From: the human T2T-CHM13v2.0 reference genome, Homo sapiens
Assembly (NCBI GenBank): GCA_009914755.4
Contig: CP086569.2
Coordinates: forward strand, 6,816,001 to 6,880,000
Direction of reading: 5' to 3'
Length of the DNA: 64,000 bases
This document shows, in pieces, positions 57,871-64,000 of the stretch (position 1 is its first letter; each line of letters opens with the position of its first letter). Both the position numbers and the translations under genes were made by a program. The notes beneath the pieces are model-generated. The model ran no database searches, was not told where the DNA came from, and saw nothing but the letters and a program-made list of their open reading frames with translations.

Positions 57871-58817
57871 ATTGCTATGGCAATCTCTGAAGGGACAACC
57901 TTAATTTCTTCTGATGTTGTTGGTCTTTGTTTATTTCCACAAAGCAAAGCAGCAAGAGCTAGCAATTGGTGCAAAATTCACAATTAGGTCAGCAGCTGAG
58001 TGCTATACTTAGATAGTTGAAGGCAACAGAGGGCCAAAGTACAAGAGCAAGATCAATTTCACCAAGAGAGAGTCCCAAGGGCCAAGTCTGACATCTTTTT
58101 CTGGCATGGAAATTGGTTGGTTCAGTGACAATTAGGGAGAAGACTGTCAAGCTACGTATGCATGAGGAATTTCTGGGTCATCAGATACTGACATGTCCCA
58201 GCCCCAAACTCTGATTCTTCCAGCTGGTGAAGACATCCTTAGCATTGGCTCAGGCCCAGTGAGGGCTGAACTCAAAGGCAGAAGGGCTGTAGTATCTGTG
58301 ACAGGGAGAGGCTGAGAAAGGTGGCAAAAGACACACAAAACAAATAAAAAGAAAGGAAACTTCCAAGTTTGACTCAACCACAGACAAGTGAGAAAGAAGA
58401 TCAGCTTAAAAAATAGAAATGCTTACAAAATTGTTCTTTTTTTTTTCTTAAAGGAACTGACTGCTTTTTAAAGGAATTGAGAAATTGGGAAACAGACTAG
58501 AGTGGAGTTATAAATGGAATCATTGATAGATAGTTCATAAACCCAAGTAGACTACCTATTTAGGTGTTACAACTTCTCTCAAACAGCAAGGTACCAGGCA
58601 GCTCACACTTCATCTCAGTATCAGCAGACTCGGTCCACTTTTAGAAGATTACATTTTGTAATCTTCTAAAATGTTCATGACTCTTCACACTCATTTGCAA
58701 ATACAGGGATAAATTTTTAAGACTTTATTTTGACACCTATAAAAATGGTGCCTAATTCTGCAACACCCAGCCAAACGTCATTGGCTTATATGGAACTATT
58801 AAAAATATACAAAATGG

Positions 58818-59102
58818 CTGTGCACGGTAGCTCATGCCTGTAATCCCAGCACTTTGGGAGGCTGAGGTGGGTGGATCTTGAGGTCAGGAGATCGAGACCA
58901 TCCTGGCTAACACAGTGAAACCTCATCTCTACTAAAATTACAAAAAATTAGCCAGGCATGGTGGCGCATGCTGGTAATCCCAGCTATGTGGGATGCTGCG
59001 GCAGGAGAATTCTTGAACCAGAGGCGGAGGTTGCAGTGAGCTGAGATGGTATCTGCACTCCAGTCTGGGTGACAGAGTGAGACACCATCTCAAAAAAAAA
59101 AA
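58818..59102 (+). mobile_element. Alu element
   Basis: 'ggctgtgcacggtagctcatgcctgtaatcccagcactttgggaggctgaggtgggtggatcttgaggtcaggagatcgagaccatcctggctaacacagtgaaacctcatctc...'. Confidence 0.9.
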
Positions 59103-59374
59103 AATACATAAAACATAAACATATTAATATAATGAATAGATTACTATCTATTATTTACTAAATAGCAAACATAAGAAAATGTATCATTATTTATTATTAC
59201 CAGGCACTGTATGAAACATAGGAAAATGTATTATTATTGATATTAAGTAACAATTATCATTGCTTAGTTATTAAATACCAAACATTATGACAAACCCTTT
59301 ACATAAAATGTCTTGATTTCACAAAAGTCATCTGAGATTCAGGACCAGAATCTAACCCCAGGTCAATTGGATTT

Positions 59375-59675
59375 TTTGTCTGTTTTGAGACGGGTTCTTG
59401 TTCTGTTGCCTAGACTGAAGCACAGTGGGACAATCACAGCTCACTGTACCCTCAACCTCCTGGGTTCAAGTGATCCTCCCACCTCAGCCTCCAAGTAGCT
59501 GAGACTACAGGTGTGCATCACCATGTCAGGCTAACTTTTTATTTCGTAATTTTTTGTAGAGACAGAGTCTCACTATGCTTCCCTGCTGGTCTCAGACTGC
59601 TTGCCTCAGGCAATCCTCCTACCTCAGTCTCCTAAAGTGCTGGGATTACAGGCATGAGCCACCATGCCCAGCCTC
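59375..59675 (-). mobile_element. Alu element in minus orientation
   Basis: 'gttttgagacgggttcttgttctgttgcctagactgaagcacagtgggacaatcacagctcactgtaccctcaacctcctggg...gtgctgggattacaggcatgagccaccatgcccagcc'. Confidence 0.9.
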
Positions 59676-60439
59676 AATTTGATTTTAAGGCTAATTTGCT
59701 TAACAGTGAGTCTATTGGAGACACACACAGAAAATAGGAAAAAGAAGAATGCCGCTTTTAGAACCACAACTACCTTTGAAGAAGAGAGAATCAACTTGAA
59801 TGGAAACCTTGATGTTCCACTGCATACCCCAGTGGGCTGAATGTGTGTTTTGGGAGCAGAAGCTGGAGAGGGCTGGATGAATTTTCAGAATCAGTGAAGG
59901 AAGAGCAAGAAGGAAATTCCAGGGAGCCAAAGAGGGGTGGGAAACAGGATAACGCATTTTAAACTCATTCTCTGCTTTCTCTCTCACCACTGTATTTTGC
60001 TATGTCTGTTATGCTACACTGGGAAGGCTGCATCAGTGTGGTGTGTTTGCTTGAAAGTTGCAGAAGAGGTTGGCTTTCATTACAGATTCTGGGGTGTGTG
60101 TGTGGAAGCAGAATTCCAGAGTACAGGGCTTCTATAAGAAGGTAATGTTCCTTCCAGCCTCCAAGGAAGTCACAGAAATTGGGAAACAGATTTGAATTTT
60201 CATGAGAAGTAAAAATAGGAGCTTGAGACAATTTTATCTCAAGGTGCCAGGGGCCCAGCCAACATTGGCACACAAATGTTCCTTATGAACATGCACATAC
60301 ACAAACACACAGTTTTCTAAACAGCCTTGTCCAACATCGCAATTTAGACACAAACTGCGCCTAAATTAATTACATGGGGAAAAATATTAGCGTAAGGGCC
60401 AGACCAGGAATTTTTAGAATTCTGGTTGATTGTCCAAGA

Positions 60440-61170
<731 letters not shown>

Positions 61171-61291
61171 TCCTTGGTGATGGTTCTAAGAAAATTCTTG
61201 ATAATCTGTATAGAAAATGGTCCTCTCCTTGATCAAGCACAGCAGGCTGGAACCAGGACACAGAAAAGATTCATAAGAATGAGGCCACATT

Positions 61292-62225
<934 letters not shown>

Positions 62226-62547
62226 AAAGTTTAGCCTGGGGCATCAAATAGCAAGGATCTTGGGGGAAAGAGTGGAGGGACATACAAACCTGCCTGAGGC
62301 ACAATCACATAAGCAAGATAAAAAAGCAGAAAAAAGAACAATAGCAAAAGATGGCACGAAATTCGCAGGGACTAATGTCTCTATGGGACTAGGAATTCCT
62401 TAAATGGGAAAATGACTTGAGTCCATTCAGCTGGACTTCAACCCAGAATTCATCCAAAATAAGGCTACAGACCTGGCCACACTCAATATATCCAATGCAG
62501 GGAATCATGATGACATTTCCAAGGCTGTCTAAATTTTTGTGCTTCTT

Positions 62548-62842
62548 TTTTTGGTTATTTTGGGAGATGGAGTCTCGCTCTGTTGCCCAGGCTGGAGAGC
62601 AGCGGCATGATCTCAGCTCACTGTAACCTCTGCCTCCTGGGTTCAAGCGATTCTCTGCCTCGGCTTCCGGAGTAGCTGGGATTACAGGCATGCCTGCCAC
62701 CATGCCTGGCTATTTTTTGTATTTTTAGTAGACATGGGGTTTCACCATCTTGGCCAAGCTGGCCTTGAACTCCTGACCTCATGATCCACCCACCTCAGCC
62801 TCCCATAGTGCTGGGATTACAGACATGAGCCACCATGCCCCA
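62548..62842 (-). mobile_element. Alu element in minus orientation
   Basis: 'gggagatggagtctcgctctgttgcccaggctggagagcagcggcatgatctcagctcactgtaacctctgcctcctggg...gtgctgggattacagacatgagccaccatgcccc'. Confidence 0.9.
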
Positions 62843-62911
62843 CCAAATTTTTATGCTTCTTATCTTGAAGTCATTAATTCCCACCAACCAGGTTATATTA
62901 AAAATTAATAG

Positions 62912-63755
<844 letters not shown>

Positions 63756-64000
63756 TCAGTGGATTTAGCTGAAAGGAGGAGAATAAAAGCATGTAGTTCT
63801 TTCTGACGATATTAGTGAGTTTGTCTTTGGGATAAACAGAGTGAAATGCTTTAAAATTACTAAGCACCAGAAAAGCATGCTAATCATGAATCAGCATGAA
63901 AATCATGCTTCTCATGCATTTGCACTTCAAGGTTGATTTATTATACTTGGCAACAAGATGAGAAGAAAATAAGTAGGTTATTATTTATATAACCATCATC

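Noticed and set aside
57051-57974. 307-aa and 207-aa ORFs on the minus strand, the longest ORFs in the track
   Set aside because: They are translations of the (GGAT)n simple repeat (His-Pro-Ser-Ile repeats). They have no start context and no complexity.

Overview
This window is primate, almost certainly human, nuclear genomic DNA. It is not a prokaryotic locus. The key diagnostic is full-length ~300-bp Alu elements roughly every 1-2 kb (more than 35 copies). One of them is a near-consensus AluYa5. Most of the rest of the window is other interspersed and simple repeats.

The main structures are:
1. A nested endogenous-retrovirus (ERV) cluster at about 5.8-20.5 kb. A ~8.0-kb class I (gammaretrovirus-like) provirus on the + strand (6098-14100) sits inside the 3' LTR of an older, minus-strand class I provirus (5804-20476). 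The inner provirus has LTRs carrying tandem CCAAT-box repeats, which looks ERV9/LTR12-like. Its gag, pro, pol and env reading frames are all disrupted.
2. MaLR (THE1/MST-like) LTRs and LTR fragments at 21.7-24.6 kb.
3. A full-length (~6.1 kb) minus-strand L1 at 26.3-32.4 kb, with an intact 5'UTR but broken ORF1 and ORF2.
4. A third class I provirus on the + strand (33.2-41.2 kb). It has gag, PR, RT (YIDDIL), RNase H, IN, env and a 3' LTR, but lacks a detectable 5' LTR and lies directly next to the L1 5' end.
5. Many Alu elements and L1 3'-end fragments.
6. Several large simple-repeat blocks: a 415-bp polypyrimidine tract, an (AAAG)19 run, a compound AT-rich/(GATA)13/(CACATG)n cluster, and ~800 bp of (GGAT)n facing complementary (ATCC)n blocks ~2.6 kb away.

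I could not recognise any host protein-coding exon, tRNA, rRNA or CRISPR array. Most six-frame ORFs in the track are translations of repeats or decayed retroelement genes. Family names given for repeats are tentative because I could not run a repeat-library search.
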